A stretch of DNA of 63,577 nt, the filler included, from Deltaproteobacteria bacterium (GTDB lineage: Bacteria > Myxococcota > JACRCW01), in assembly GCA_016218805.1 (NCBI GenBank). It is 4 parts of 4 records of this genome, joined end to end, with 100 filler letters (N's around TTAATTAATTAA, not from the genome) between each part and the next. Parts side by side here need not be neighbours in the genome. Positions count along the whole stretch, not along the records: positions 35,633 to 61,115 come from JACRCW010000067.1; 3 more parts are not named here. The stretch is one strand, 5' to 3'. This document shows, in pieces, positions 48,773-58,505 of this stretch. A program made the position numbers and the translations under genes. The notes under the pieces are model-generated. The model ran no database searches, had not been told where the DNA came from, and worked only from the letters and a program-made list of their open reading frames with translations. Each line of letters begins with the position of its first letter. Positions within the stretch are counted from its first letter, which is position 1.

Positions 48773-50074
48773 ATGCGCATCCTCTCCCGCGGCGTCCTTT
48801 CCACTGGCCTGGTCCTCTGTCTGTGCTCCGCCTGCACGGAAGAAAACTCCTCGTCTTCCTCCTCGTCGGGCGGCAGCAGCTCGTCGTCCACGGGCGGCAG
48901 CAGTTCGTCCTCCACGGGCGGCGGATCTTCCGGCGGCACGTCCAGTTCCAGCAGCTCCACCTCCGGCGGATCGTCGGGGACCACCTCCAGTTCCAGCAGC
49001 TCGTCCACCGGCGGTTCCAGCGGGACCGCCAGCAGCTCATCCGGCGGCAGTTCCGGCGGCGCCACCTGCCCGCCCGCGCCGTTCACGCTGTGTGACGGCG
49101 TCACCGCGGAGACCACCGCGCGCACCCTCAACACCACGCCCGGGTCCGGCGCGCTGGGTATTGCGGGCCTGGTCACCCTTGGCATGACGCGGGCGCAGGT
49201 CACCGCCGCCATCCCGGAGCAGGAACGCTTCCTGGACGGCGCCCCGCTGCGCGCCTTCTATTGCGAAAAGCGCCTGGTCATCTCCTACGGTGACACCGCA
49301 GACGGCGGCGGCGTGCTGGCCGGCACGCTCTCCAATGACGACGTGGTGGTCCGGATCCACACCCTGGCGGGGTTCGCTGGCAGGACGGATACGGACATTG
49401 CGCTGGGAGACGCGGACACGGAGATCGGCACCGCGTACGCGGCGGAAACGTCGCACGCGCAGGTGCTGTCCACCGTGCTGGGCGGCGCGCAGGAGCTCTA
49501 CCCCGCGCGCGGCCTCGCGTTTGGCATCAACGGGTCCAGTGTGGCGTGGATGGCGGTGCACCGCGGCTCGGACGGGACGCTCACGCCCACGCCGGTGAAC
49601 GCGCGGCTCAACCTGGCGGGGAACGCCATTGGGACCGGCCAGGACGTCAAGGCGGCGTTCACCGCGGGCACCACGTTTGCCACCGTGAAGCAGAAGCTGG
49701 GCAGCCTGCCGGATGCGGCCGGGACCATCACGTACAACAGCCAGCAGGTGGCCTACCTGACCTACGCGTCGCTGGGGCTGCGCGTGGTGGGCACCCCGCA
49801 GGGCAGCACGCTGGACGAAGCCACCACCTTCCAAATCTACATCACGCCGCCCTTCGCCGGGTTTGACTCCACGACGCTGGGGCTCGGGTCCAGCAAGGCG
49901 GAGTTTGACACGCAATTTGGGACGCCGTCCCAGCAGAACGTCAACGGCGCCATCTTCTACAAGTACGAAACGGGCAGCGGCCTGTTCCCGCCGGCCATTG
50001 GCGTGGGCTACGCCACGGACGATGCCTGCGTGGAGCGCGCCGCGGTCATTGTGCTCAACTTTGTGACGCTGTGA
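48773..50074 (+). CDS. Lipoprotein with Ser/Gly-rich linker
   Basis: Lipobox-like CSAC, SSSSGG repeats, repeated [18 protein letters not shown] domains. Confidence 0.75.
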   Translation: MRILSRGVLSTGLVLCLCSACTEENSSSSSSSGGSSSSSTGGSSSSSTGGGSSGGTSSSSSSTSGGSSGTTSSSSSSSTGGSSGTASSSSGGSSGGATCPPAPFTLCDGVTAETTARTLNTTPGSGALGIAGLVTLGMTRAQVTAAIPEQERFLDGAPLRAFYCEKRLVISYGDTADGGGVLAGTLSNDDVVVRIHTLAGFAGRTDTDIALGDADTEIGTAYAAETSHAQVLSTVLGGAQELYPARGLAFGINGSSVAWMAVHRGSDGTLTPTPVNARLNLAGNAIGTGQDVKAAFTAGTTFATVKQKLGSLPDAAGTITYNSQQVAYLTYASLGLRVVGTPQGSTLDEATTFQIYITPPFAGFDSTTLGLGSSKAEFDTQFGTPSQQNVNGAIFYKYETGSGLFPPAIGVGYATDDACVERAAVIVLNFVTL

Positions 50075-50087
50075 GACCGGCGCACGG

Positions 50088-50654
50088 ATGAGCGTCAGAC
50101 CGGATCACTGGATCCGCCGCATGGCGGCGGAGCACCGCATGATTGAGCCCTATGAACCCGGCCAGGTACGCCAGGTCCAGGGGCACCCCATCATCAGCTA
50201 CGGGACGTCCAGCTACGGTTACGACGTGCGCTGCGCCAACGAGTTCAAGATCTTCACCAACATCAACTCGGCCACGGTGGACCCCAAGCACTTTGACCCC
50301 ACCAGTTTTGTGGATGTCACCGGGGAGGTGTGCGTCATCCCGCCCAACAGCTTCGCGCTGGCGCGGACGGTGGAGTACTTCCGCATCCCGCGTGACGTGC
50401 TCACCATCTGCCTGGGGAAGAGCACCTACGCGCGCTGCGGCATCATTGTGAACGTCACGCCGCTGGAGCCGGAGTGGGAAGGCCACGTCACGCTGGAGTT
50501 CTCCAACACCACCACGCTGCCGGCCAAGATCTACGCCAACGAAGGCGTGGCGCAGTTCATCTTCTTCCAGGCCAGCGAGCCGTGCGAGGTCAGCTACAAG
50601 GACCGTGGTGGCAAGTACCAGGGCCAGCGCGGCGTCACGCTGCCCCGCGCCTGA
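50088..50654 (+). CDS. dcd: dCTP deaminase
   Basis: [45 protein letters not shown]. Confidence 0.97.
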   Translation: MSVRPDHWIRRMAAEHRMIEPYEPGQVRQVQGHPIISYGTSSYGYDVRCANEFKIFTNINSATVDPKHFDPTSFVDVTGEVCVIPPNSFALARTVEYFRIPRDVLTICLGKSTYARCGIIVNVTPLEPEWEGHVTLEFSNTTTLPAKIYANEGVAQFIFFQASEPCEVSYKDRGGKYQGQRGVTLPRA

Positions 50655-50659
50655 AGCTC

Positions 50660-51091
50660 TCACCGCCCCTTCTTCAGCTCCTGCCAGCGCGCCAGCACGG
50701 CTTCCACCCGCAGCGGCGGGGGCGCGTGCAGCCGGCTGCCCAGGTCCTCCACGGTGGCGTCCATGGTGCGGCGGTTGACGCGCGCCACGCCCTCCCGGAC
50801 GGCGGCCTCGCCCGGCATGCCCGGCTATGACTCCACAAACCGCTCTACCTCCCGGCGCACCTCCAGCAGCGGACTGGCAAGGTTCACACCCTCGCGCGCC
50901 GCAAACGCCTTGAGCCACCAGTCCGGATCGGTGTTCTCGACGCCGGCAATGGGCTTGCCGGCACCCGGCAGGTTGTCAAACTCACCGCGCCGGCGCGCCG
51001 CCTCCACCTGCTCATCAATCCCGCCGGCGCGCCGTTGCCGCCCTGGACCGCAGGACTGCTGGGACATCCCTTCCGGCTTGCGCTGGGTCAT
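50660..51091 (-). pseudogene. DUF1992 (DnaJ-C28-like) gene with in-frame TAG
   Basis: RGEFDNLPGAGKP...WW motif; TAG at 50825-50827 followed by 54 more in-frame sense codons ending TGA at 50660. Confidence 0.7.
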
Positions 51092-51137
51092 GGCGCCGTG
51101 GATAGCCGCCCCGTGGCCGCCCTGCTATCGCCGCCGC

Positions 51138-51908
51138 GTGCTTGCCCGTCGCGTGGCGGCCGCGTGTGCGGTCTTGTGGTGGTGCCTGGCGGTGACGCCG
51201 CTGCGGGCGGCGCCTGCCCGGCCCACCCCGGCGCAGTTGGAGAAGATGCGCCGGTCACTGGAGAGCCCGTCCGCCAAGATCCGCATCAAGGCCGCGCAGG
51301 TGCTGGCGCGCTCCGGCGCACCGGACCGGGCGGCGGCCATTGCCACGCTGCTGGATGACGACGACGCCGCGGTGCGGGCGGCCGCGTGCGACGCGCTGGT
51401 GGTGGCCGCGGACCGCGCCGCCGTGACCGCGCTGCGGGAAGCGGCGGCGGACCCCTCCGAGCTGGTGGCGGCGCGCGCGCGCGTGGCGCTGGGCGCGCTG
51501 GAGCACGCGGTGCACCTGGCGGCAAAGGCCGGTGTGAACGGCGGCGAGCCCGCCGTCCTGGCGGCCATGGCCGAGAGCGGGCGCGAAGCGCTGGCCGGCC
51601 CGCGGCGGCTGGTGCCGTCCGCCGAGGGCGCGCAGTTCACCGTGAGCCTGGTGCTGCAGTCCGTTGTGGTGAAGCCCGGCACCGGGTCCACCGTGGTGGA
51701 GGTGGCGGTGACGGGCATGGTGCTGGAACAGCCCGGTAGCCGGCTGCGGTTCTCCTCCCGGGCCACGGTGGCGGCCTCGCAGGAGGGGACGGTGAGCGCC
51801 AAGGAGGTGGCGGAGCTCACCCGGGACGCCGCGGCGGCGGCCGCGCGTGCGTGTGCGGCGGATGCGGCGGGGTGGTTGCAGGCGTTGCCGGTGGGTCCGC
51901 TCCGGTGA
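51138..51908 (+). CDS. Exported HEAT-repeat protein
   Basis: Signal-like N-terminus; LLDDDDAAVRAAACDAL HEAT pattern; start GTG 51138 inferred. Confidence 0.7.
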   Translation: MLARRVAAACAVLWWCLAVTPLRAAPARPTPAQLEKMRRSLESPSAKIRIKAAQVLARSGAPDRAAAIATLLDDDDAAVRAAACDALVVAADRAAVTALREAAADPSELVAARARVALGALEHAVHLAAKAGVNGGEPAVLAAMAESGREALAGPRRLVPSAEGAQFTVSLVLQSVVVKPGTGSTVVEVAVTGMVLEQPGSRLRFSSRATVAASQEGTVSAKEVAELTRDAAAAAARACAADAAGWLQALPVGPLR

Positions 51909-51952
51909 GGACCGCCCGGCGCCCGGTCCCGCCGCGTGCTACTTTCGCAGTC

Positions 51953-52894
51953 GTGACGCACAGCCCCACCACATCGCTCCAGCCGCTGGCGGCGGAGCAC
52001 CGCCCGGCGCGCGTGCGGCTGGCCCGCTCCCTGGCTGAAGCGCCGGTGCGCTCACTGGTCCACGTGGACCGCCACGGGCGCGTGCGCTCGCCCGCGCGCT
52101 ACCGCGTGTTGCGGGCCGCCTCCTACCTGCTGCTGGGAGGCACGCTGGTGGCGGGGCTGGGCCTGTACGGGTCCCTGCTGGGGGTTCCCGGTTTTCTGTT
52201 GGGCGCCGCGCTGTGCGCCTGGGCGGGCTGGAGCGCGGGCCAGGGGAGCCGGCTGGAGCAGGCGGTGCGCCTGCTGGTGCTGGACCGCTTTGACGAGGCG
52301 GAGGCCCTGCTGCGCGGCCTGGTGCAGGGGCGGCTGGTCCCCGTGGGGCTGCGCGCGCTGGCCCTGCAGCACCTGGGCGTGGTGTGCGGGCGGCAGGGCC
52401 GCTACGCCGAAGCGCTGGGCCACCAGGGACAAGCGCTGCGCCTGCGCGGCCGGCAGGAGCGGTGGGTGTTTGCGCAGGCGCTGCGGTGCGCGCAGGCGGT
52501 CACCCTGGTGAACCTGGGCCGCCCGGACGACGCGGCGGCGCAGCTGCAGGCGGTGGGTGACCCGCCGCACGGGGACTACGCGCGGCTGTTGTTCGACACG
52601 GCGGGTCTCTACGTGGCCATGGCACAGGGCCGCGTGCCCCTGCCCGAAGTCCGCCTCCACGAACAGACACGCCACGCGCTGGGCATCACCGGTGCCGCGG
52701 CCCTGCTGGGCCTGTGCGCCTGGGCCTGGCGGGTGCTGGGTGACGTAGAGCAATCACGCCTGTGCCTGCGCGAGGCATTTGACCGCGCCGATGGCCTGCA
52801 CCTGCCGCGCTCCATGCCGGTGCTCTACCGCTGGATGCACGCGCACGCGGCAGACGCCGGCGTGCCGGCAGACGGCATGGAGCTGCCGGCGTGA
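51953..52894 (+). CDS. Two-TM protein with TPR-like region
   Basis: Two hydrophobic helices, then ALQHLGVVCGRQGRYAEAL. Confidence 0.65.
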   Translation: MTHSPTTSLQPLAAEHRPARVRLARSLAEAPVRSLVHVDRHGRVRSPARYRVLRAASYLLLGGTLVAGLGLYGSLLGVPGFLLGAALCAWAGWSAGQGSRLEQAVRLLVLDRFDEAEALLRGLVQGRLVPVGLRALALQHLGVVCGRQGRYAEALGHQGQALRLRGRQERWVFAQALRCAQAVTLVNLGRPDDAAAQLQAVGDPPHGDYARLLFDTAGLYVAMAQGRVPLPEVRLHEQTRHALGITGAAALLGLCAWAWRVLGDVEQSRLCLREAFDRADGLHLPRSMPVLYRWMHAHAADAGVPADGMELPA

Positions 52895-53364
52895 GTTCCC
52901 GGGCGCTGCTGCTGGCCGCCATCCGCCGCGGCGACCCGGGCGCGCTCACCGCCCTGGTGCGCGCGGGCGCGGACATCCATGCGCCGGGCCCGTGGGGCGC
53001 CACGGTGCTGCTGGACGCCGCCGTCCAGGGTGAGGTGGACTGCGGGCGCGTGCTGCTGGACGCGGGCGCCTCCACCGAGGTGCCGGACCCGCGCACGGGG
53101 GCCACCGCCCTGCTGGAGGCCGCGCGGTTCGGGTGCACCGGGTTTGTGCAGCTGCTGCTGGAGCATGGCGCGGACCGGAGTGCGGTGGACGTGGACGGGC
53201 ACAACGCCCGCACGCTCGCGCTCCTCAATGACCACGTGCCCACGGCGGAACTGCTGGCGGCTGCCGGCGTGCCGCGGCAGCCGGAATTCGCCAGGGACAT
53301 TGCGGAGACGCGGGCCGCCATCCGCGCGGCCGCGGCCCAGCTGGCCGGCGACCGGCGCGCGTGA
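52891..53364 (+). CDS. Ankyrin repeat protein
   Basis: GATALLEAARFG...LLLEHGAD ankyrin repeats; GTGA overlap. Confidence 0.88.
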   Translation: MSSRALLLAAIRRGDPGALTALVRAGADIHAPGPWGATVLLDAAVQGEVDCGRVLLDAGASTEVPDPRTGATALLEAARFGCTGFVQLLLEHGADRSAVDVDGHNARTLALLNDHVPTAELLAAAGVPRQPEFARDIAETRAAIRAAAAQLAGDRRA

Positions 53365-53691
53365 CCTTCCGCTGCGTCACGGAGAAGAGGCCTTGCCGCA
53401 GGCCCCGCCGTCTATTGTATTGATTCCCATTGATGACAGTTGTCTTGGGCTGGGCACCCGGTCCCGGCTGAAAAGTTGAGCCAGCGCCCGCGGCCGCGCC
53501 GTAGGAGGGCCGGCGTGCTTGGGCTGAGGTCAACGGACCGGATCCGCCACGAGGTTTTGCTTGCGCTCCAGACATCAACATGCTTTGAAGAGGCACTTCA
53601 TGTTGCGAGCCACAACGGACACCCGCCAGACGCGGCGGGTCCTGCTTGAACCGGCTCGCGCTGGGGCAGCCACCCCGGGAACGGAATCACC

Positions 53692-55350
53692 TTGATGCGC
53701 AGCTACAACATCTCATCCGCAAGCAATCTTGGTGCGCTGCTGGGAACGGTGGCGGTGGCCGGCCTGGGGTGCAAGGCGCCCCTGCCGCGCTGCAACACGT
53801 CGGCGGACTGCAACGAGGCTGCCGGCCACGTCTGCAACGCCGGGCGGTGTGAACCCGGCAGCCCGGATGCGGGGCCTTCCGGCGCGGACGGCGGAGTGCC
53901 GGACGCGGGCATCAATTGCTCCTGGGCGGGCAACGCCGAACAGATCGCCGCGCTGGACGGCAAGCCGGAGACGCTGCAGGCCAACGGCAAAGCGGTGACT
54001 CCGCGCCGCTACTATGAGCCGCTGACGTTGTACCGGCATTCGCAGGAGGTGCTGCGCGTGGTGGGGCAGCCCGGCCGCTACCAGCCGCTCCAATTTGTGT
54101 CCGTGAACACGGCCCTGCGGCCTTCCACCGTGGACATCATTGAGCTGCCCATCTCCGGCAACCTGGTGGCCACCCAGGCGCGGGACGGGGACGCCACCAT
54201 GCTGGTGTCCAACGCCACGGCCATCGGCGCGGCGCCCGCCTCGTCCGCGGGCGCGCCGTCCTCCTCCGCCGGGGCGCCCTCGTCGGGCGCCGGGGCGTCC
54301 TCGGGCGGTGGCGCATCGTCCGCGGCGCCGGCGTCTTCGGCGGCGGTGCCGGCCTCTTCCGCGTCCGGCACCGGTTCCTCCAGCGGCGGGGTGGCGGTCA
54401 CCTACAAGTACTGGCTGGAGATGCTGCGCCTGCCGTCTGCGGACACCTTCCTGCCCGCGGACGTGGGGCGCATCCGGGTGACGCCCCCGGACGAATACAT
54501 TGACTCCGTCAAGCGCGGCGTCCTGGACGAGAACGCCGCCGAAGTCTACGCGATGGCCCTGCAGGTGGAGGAGAAGCACCGCACCACCGAGGGGACGCTG
54601 CAGGACTGGTATCACGCGGCGGCGGGGACGTATTCGGAGGGGGCAACGCTGCGCACGCCGCGGATCCTGGACCCGGGCACCGCGCAGCTGTCCAAGGACG
54701 TCACCGGGGTGCTGGGCGTGTCCCGCGCGGGCGGGCTGCTGCACGCGTTGGTGGGGACCAACCAGGCGGGGACCAGTCCGGCCGCCATCTTCAGCCATGA
54801 CCCGGCGGTCGCCACCTCAACCATCCAGGAGCACCGGGTGGCGGACACGGGCTACTTCCTGGCCGTTCAGGATGTGCAGGACGCCACGGGCACCACCGAA
54901 GTGCGGGTGGCCATGGTGGTGGTGCTGGACAGCGGCGCGCGCCACGTGCTCCGCGTGGGCAAGCTGGCCGCATCCCAGCTGGCGTCCCTGGACCCGGCGC
55001 AGGACCTGACTGTGGCCGCGGAGTTCACCGGTGCGGGCATGGAAACGCTGCCCAGCGGGGATGGCCATTGGGACGGTGATTCCTTCCTCTGGCTGGGGCA
55101 TCCCTCCACGCTGGCCACCGTGCAGGACGGCGCCAACTTTGTGTGGGCGCTGGCGGACGGAACCCTCAAGGTCCGCACCAAGCTGTTTGCCGGAAGCTCC
55201 GCCCTGGTCTCCGCCTCCGTGCTGCTGCACCGGACGCTGGGGACGGACGGGGCAAGCTTTGACGTGGTGTGGACGGACTTTGTCCCGGCGGATGGGAGCA
55301 CGCCCGCCTACGAGGCACTGTTCTTCAACCAACTGCAGTGCCGGCGCTGA
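53692..55350 (+). CDS. Lipoprotein with Cys-rich N-module and Ser/Ala linker
   Basis: Lipobox-like GLGC; CNTSADC...CNAGRC; DAG repeats typical of myxobacterial lipoproteins. Confidence 0.7.
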   Translation: MMRSYNISSASNLGALLGTVAVAGLGCKAPLPRCNTSADCNEAAGHVCNAGRCEPGSPDAGPSGADGGVPDAGINCSWAGNAEQIAALDGKPETLQANGKAVTPRRYYEPLTLYRHSQEVLRVVGQPGRYQPLQFVSVNTALRPSTVDIIELPISGNLVATQARDGDATMLVSNATAIGAAPASSAGAPSSSAGAPSSGAGASSGGGASSAAPASSAAVPASSASGTGSSSGGVAVTYKYWLEMLRLPSADTFLPADVGRIRVTPPDEYIDSVKRGVLDENAAEVYAMALQVEEKHRTTEGTLQDWYHAAAGTYSEGATLRTPRILDPGTAQLSKDVTGVLGVSRAGGLLHALVGTNQAGTSPAAIFSHDPAVATSTIQEHRVADTGYFLAVQDVQDATGTTEVRVAMVVVLDSGARHVLRVGKLAASQLASLDPAQDLTVAAEFTGAGMETLPSGDGHWDGDSFLWLGHPSTLATVQDGANFVWALADGTLKVRTKLFAGSSALVSASVLLHRTLGTDGASFDVVWTDFVPADGSTPAYEALFFNQLQCRR

Positions 55351-55390
55351 GACATCCCAACCCCGTCCTGTCGCCCAGGGAATGACCTGC

Positions 55391-56485
55391 ATGACGCACT
55401 TCCGCACGTTTGCCGTCTTCTGCATCCTGTCCGCGTCCGCGGCGTTGGCGCACGCCCAGGCCGGCTCGCCGCTGGACCAGGGCAAGGAACTCATGGCCCG
55501 GGGGGACTGCCGGGCCGCGCTGGCCCGCTTTGAGGACGCGGAACGGACACCGTCCCTGGACGTGGCCCGCCAGAGTGACGCCCTCTGGTACAAGGCGGCC
55601 TGCCTGTGGAGCCTGAGCCGCAAGCCCAAGGCCGGCGAAGCGATGGACTCGCTCCTCCAGCTCTCCCCGCTGTACGACCCCTCCACGCTGGACACGCCCC
55701 CGGACGTGCGCGCCGAGTTCAAGCGCCGCCGCACCCAGTTTGACGCGGACAACGGCGTGACGCTGGGCGTCCCGGTGCTGACGGCGGAGGCGGTGCGCGT
55801 GCCCGTGAGCCGCAACGCCGCGCGGGTGGTGCGCGGTCAGCTGTTTGCGCGCACGCCCGGCGAGGGAACGTTTGCCCCGCTGGAAGCGAAGTTGGACGGC
55901 GACGCGCTGGTATGCCCGCTGGAGGACCTGCGCCAGGTGGAGCGGATTGCCCGGGCGGGGAGCCTGGAGCTGGTGGTGGAAGCGCTGGGGCGCTCCGGTG
56001 CGCCGGTGGCGCGCCTGGGTGACGCGCGCGCCCCGGTGCTGGTCAATCTGGACGCGCCCACGTTGGAGGCGCTCAAGACGCGCGCGGCGCCCGCGCCCGT
56101 TCCCGCCCCGGTGGCCGCCCCACCACCCGCGGCCGCCACCCCCGCACCCGCGGCGCCGGCCGCGGCCGCCGAGCCCGCGCCCGCCAAGAAGGCGTCCGGC
56201 GGGATCCCCCGCTGGCCCTTCCCCGTGCTGGCGGCACTGCCCCTGCCCGCGGCGCTGACGGTGCTGGCCGCGGGATTGGGCGTGGCGGCGGCGGCGGCGG
56301 GTTCCTGGGTGGTGCTGGACCAGGTGGTGGGGACGGACAAGATGGCGGTGCTGCCCGCGCTCACCGGCCTGGCCACCTGGGGTGCCATCCCTGCCGGAGC
56401 GCTGGTCGGTGCGGGAGTGGTGCTGGTGGTGGTGTCGTTGTTTGTCCTCGGCGGCGCGGTGATCGCCGTCGTGGCCATCCCGTAG
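55391..56485 (+). CDS. Exported TPR-like protein with C-terminal TM helices
   Basis: Signal peptide ending AHA, TPR-like N-domain, Pro/Ala linker, two to three TMs. Confidence 0.7.
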   Translation: MTHFRTFAVFCILSASAALAHAQAGSPLDQGKELMARGDCRAALARFEDAERTPSLDVARQSDALWYKAACLWSLSRKPKAGEAMDSLLQLSPLYDPSTLDTPPDVRAEFKRRRTQFDADNGVTLGVPVLTAEAVRVPVSRNAARVVRGQLFARTPGEGTFAPLEAKLDGDALVCPLEDLRQVERIARAGSLELVVEALGRSGAPVARLGDARAPVLVNLDAPTLEALKTRAAPAPVPAPVAAPPPAAATPAPAAPAAAAEPAPAKKASGGIPRWPFPVLAALPLPAALTVLAAGLGVAAAAAGSWVVLDQVVGTDKMAVLPALTGLATWGAIPAGALVGAGVVLVVVSLFVLGGAVIAVVAIP

Positions 56486-56500
56486 CGCACGAGGCAACGC

Positions 56501-58498
56501 ATGGAGCGATTTGGTCGCTACGTCCTGTTTGAGAAGATTGGCGTGGGCGGCATGGCGGAGGTCTACCGCGCCGCGTCCGTGGGCGAGGCGGGCTTTGTGC
56601 GCACCGTGGCCGTCAAGCGCATCCTGCCGACGATGGCGACCACCGACAACTACGTGAAGATGCTCATTGACGAAGCGAGCATTGCCGCGCAGCTGCACCA
56701 CAACAACATCATCCAGGTGCTGGACCTGGGGACGGAAGCCGGCCTGTATTTCATGGCCATGGAATACGTGGTGGGGCGCAACCTGGGTGCGGTGGCCCGC
56801 CGGGTGCTCAATGAGCACGAACGCTTCCCGCTGGCCGCCGTGCTGTACGTGGTGGAACAGGCGCTGCGGGGGCTGGCCTACGCCCACACCGCCACCGACG
56901 CCACCGGGCAGCCCCTCAACATCATCCACCGGGACGTGTCCCCCCAGAACATCCTGCTGGGGTATGACGGCGCGGTGAAGCTGTCAGACTTTGGCATTGC
57001 CAAGTCAGACACGCGCCAGACCGAGACGGTGGCCGGCACGGTGAAGGGCAAGCCGGCCTACATGGCGCCGGAGCAGCTGAACGCCGGGCTGACCACGCGG
57101 TCTGCGGACGTCTACGCCATGGGCGTGGTGCTGCATGAGCTGCTTTCGGGCCGGCGGATGCGCACCGGCTCCACAGACCTGGAGGTGATCTCCCGGGCCA
57201 TGAAGGGCGCGGTGCCCACCTTTGATTCCCTGGGCATTGACGTGCCCACGCCGCTGGCGCAGGTGGTCTACACGGCTCTGGAGTTTGAGCCGGCCAACCG
57301 TTGGCCCACCGCCGACTCATTTGCGGAGGCCGTCCACGCCGTGCAGCAGCAGCTGGGCATGCCCTACAACGGCTCCCAGCTGTCACTGCTGATGGGGTCG
57401 CTGTTTCCGCAGGAGATTGCCGCGGAGCGGGAGATGGCTTCGCGCATGGCGCAGGAGCTGCGGCAGCTGCGCGGCGTGTCCTCAGGGTCCTTCCAGCAGG
57501 TGTCCCAGCACACGCCGCGCACCCCGTTGCCCACCGGCGAGGTCCTGCTGCAGGCGGGCATCCCCGCGCAGCCCTCCACGCCATCCACCAGCGCCACGCT
57601 CTCCATTCCCGTGGACCTGGGTGATGCGTCGGTGCGCGCCACGCCCCCCGGCCTGCCCGGCGCCGTGCTGACACCGGGGCAGGGGACCCTGGTTGCGCCG
57701 CCGGCCACCGGCAAGCGGGGGGCGCTGGCGGCGGTGGCCGCCGTGCTGGTGGTGGGCGCGGCCGCGGCGTTCCTGGTCCTGAAGCCCCGCGCGGGCGGGC
57801 TGTCATTGACCTCAGAACCGGCGGGCGCGGCGGTGTTCCTGGACGGCCGGGACACCGGGAAGACCACGCCGGCGGTGCTCAAGGAGTTGGACCCGGGCCA
57901 CCATGAGGTGGAGTTCCGCAGCCCGGACCACACGCCGCTCAAGCTGGCTGTGGAGGTGGTGGCGGGGGAAACCAACCCGGGGCGCGCTGTCCTCACGCCG
58001 GCCGAAGTGACCCTGCAGATCACCAGTGAACCGGGTGACGCCAACGTGGAGATTGACGGGGCGCTGGCCGGGCGGACGCCGCACGCCCTGGTGGGGCCCA
58101 TTGGGCGGCGGGTGAAGGTGCGCGTGGTCAAGGACGGCTACGCGCCCCAGGCCACCGAGCTGCTGCTGGGCCGCGCCAACACCGGCTGGGCGGTGAAGCT
58201 GGTGACGGCGGGAGGAGCCCCGGCCGGTTTGCCCACCCCATCCCCGGCAGCCGCCCCGGCGCGCAAGGCTCCGCCGGCGGCGGGCAAGGCGGTGATCTCC
58301 ATCCAGAGCAACCCGTGGGCGCGCGTGGTGCTGGATGGCAAGGACACGGGCCGCTTCACGCCGTTGCTGGACTTTGAGATTGCCGCCGGCACCCACAAGG
58401 TCCGCCTGGTCAACGACGACGAGGGCGCGCGTGACGAGTTCACCTTCAGCGTGAAGGCCGGCGAGCGGCCCGCCCCCTACGTGCGCGTGCTCAAGTAG
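56501..58498 (+). CDS. Ser/Thr protein kinase with TM helix and PEGA domains
   Basis: GVGGMAEVY, HRDVSPQN, DFG, GKPAYMAPE; three PEGA-like repeats. Confidence 0.95.
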   Translation: MERFGRYVLFEKIGVGGMAEVYRAASVGEAGFVRTVAVKRILPTMATTDNYVKMLIDEASIAAQLHHNNIIQVLDLGTEAGLYFMAMEYVVGRNLGAVARRVLNEHERFPLAAVLYVVEQALRGLAYAHTATDATGQPLNIIHRDVSPQNILLGYDGAVKLSDFGIAKSDTRQTETVAGTVKGKPAYMAPEQLNAGLTTRSADVYAMGVVLHELLSGRRMRTGSTDLEVISRAMKGAVPTFDSLGIDVPTPLAQVVYTALEFEPANRWPTADSFAEAVHAVQQQLGMPYNGSQLSLLMGSLFPQEIAAEREMASRMAQELRQLRGVSSGSFQQVSQHTPRTPLPTGEVLLQAGIPAQPSTPSTSATLSIPVDLGDASVRATPPGLPGAVLTPGQGTLVAPPATGKRGALAAVAAVLVVGAAAAFLVLKPRAGGLSLTSEPAGAAVFLDGRDTGKTTPAVLKELDPGHHEVEFRSPDHTPLKLAVEVVAGETNPGRAVLTPAEVTLQITSEPGDANVEIDGALAGRTPHALVGPIGRRVKVRVVKDGYAPQATELLLGRANTGWAVKLVTAGGAPAGLPTPSPAAAPARKAPPAAGKAVISIQSNPWARVVLDGKDTGRFTPLLDFEIAAGTHKVRLVNDDEGARDEFTFSVKAGERPAPYVRVLK

Positions 58499-58505
58499 CT
58501 GCGCC

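Noticed and set aside
48845..49062. Ser/Gly nucleotide repeats as a separate element
   Set aside because: Ordinary low-complexity lipoprotein linker, in frame.
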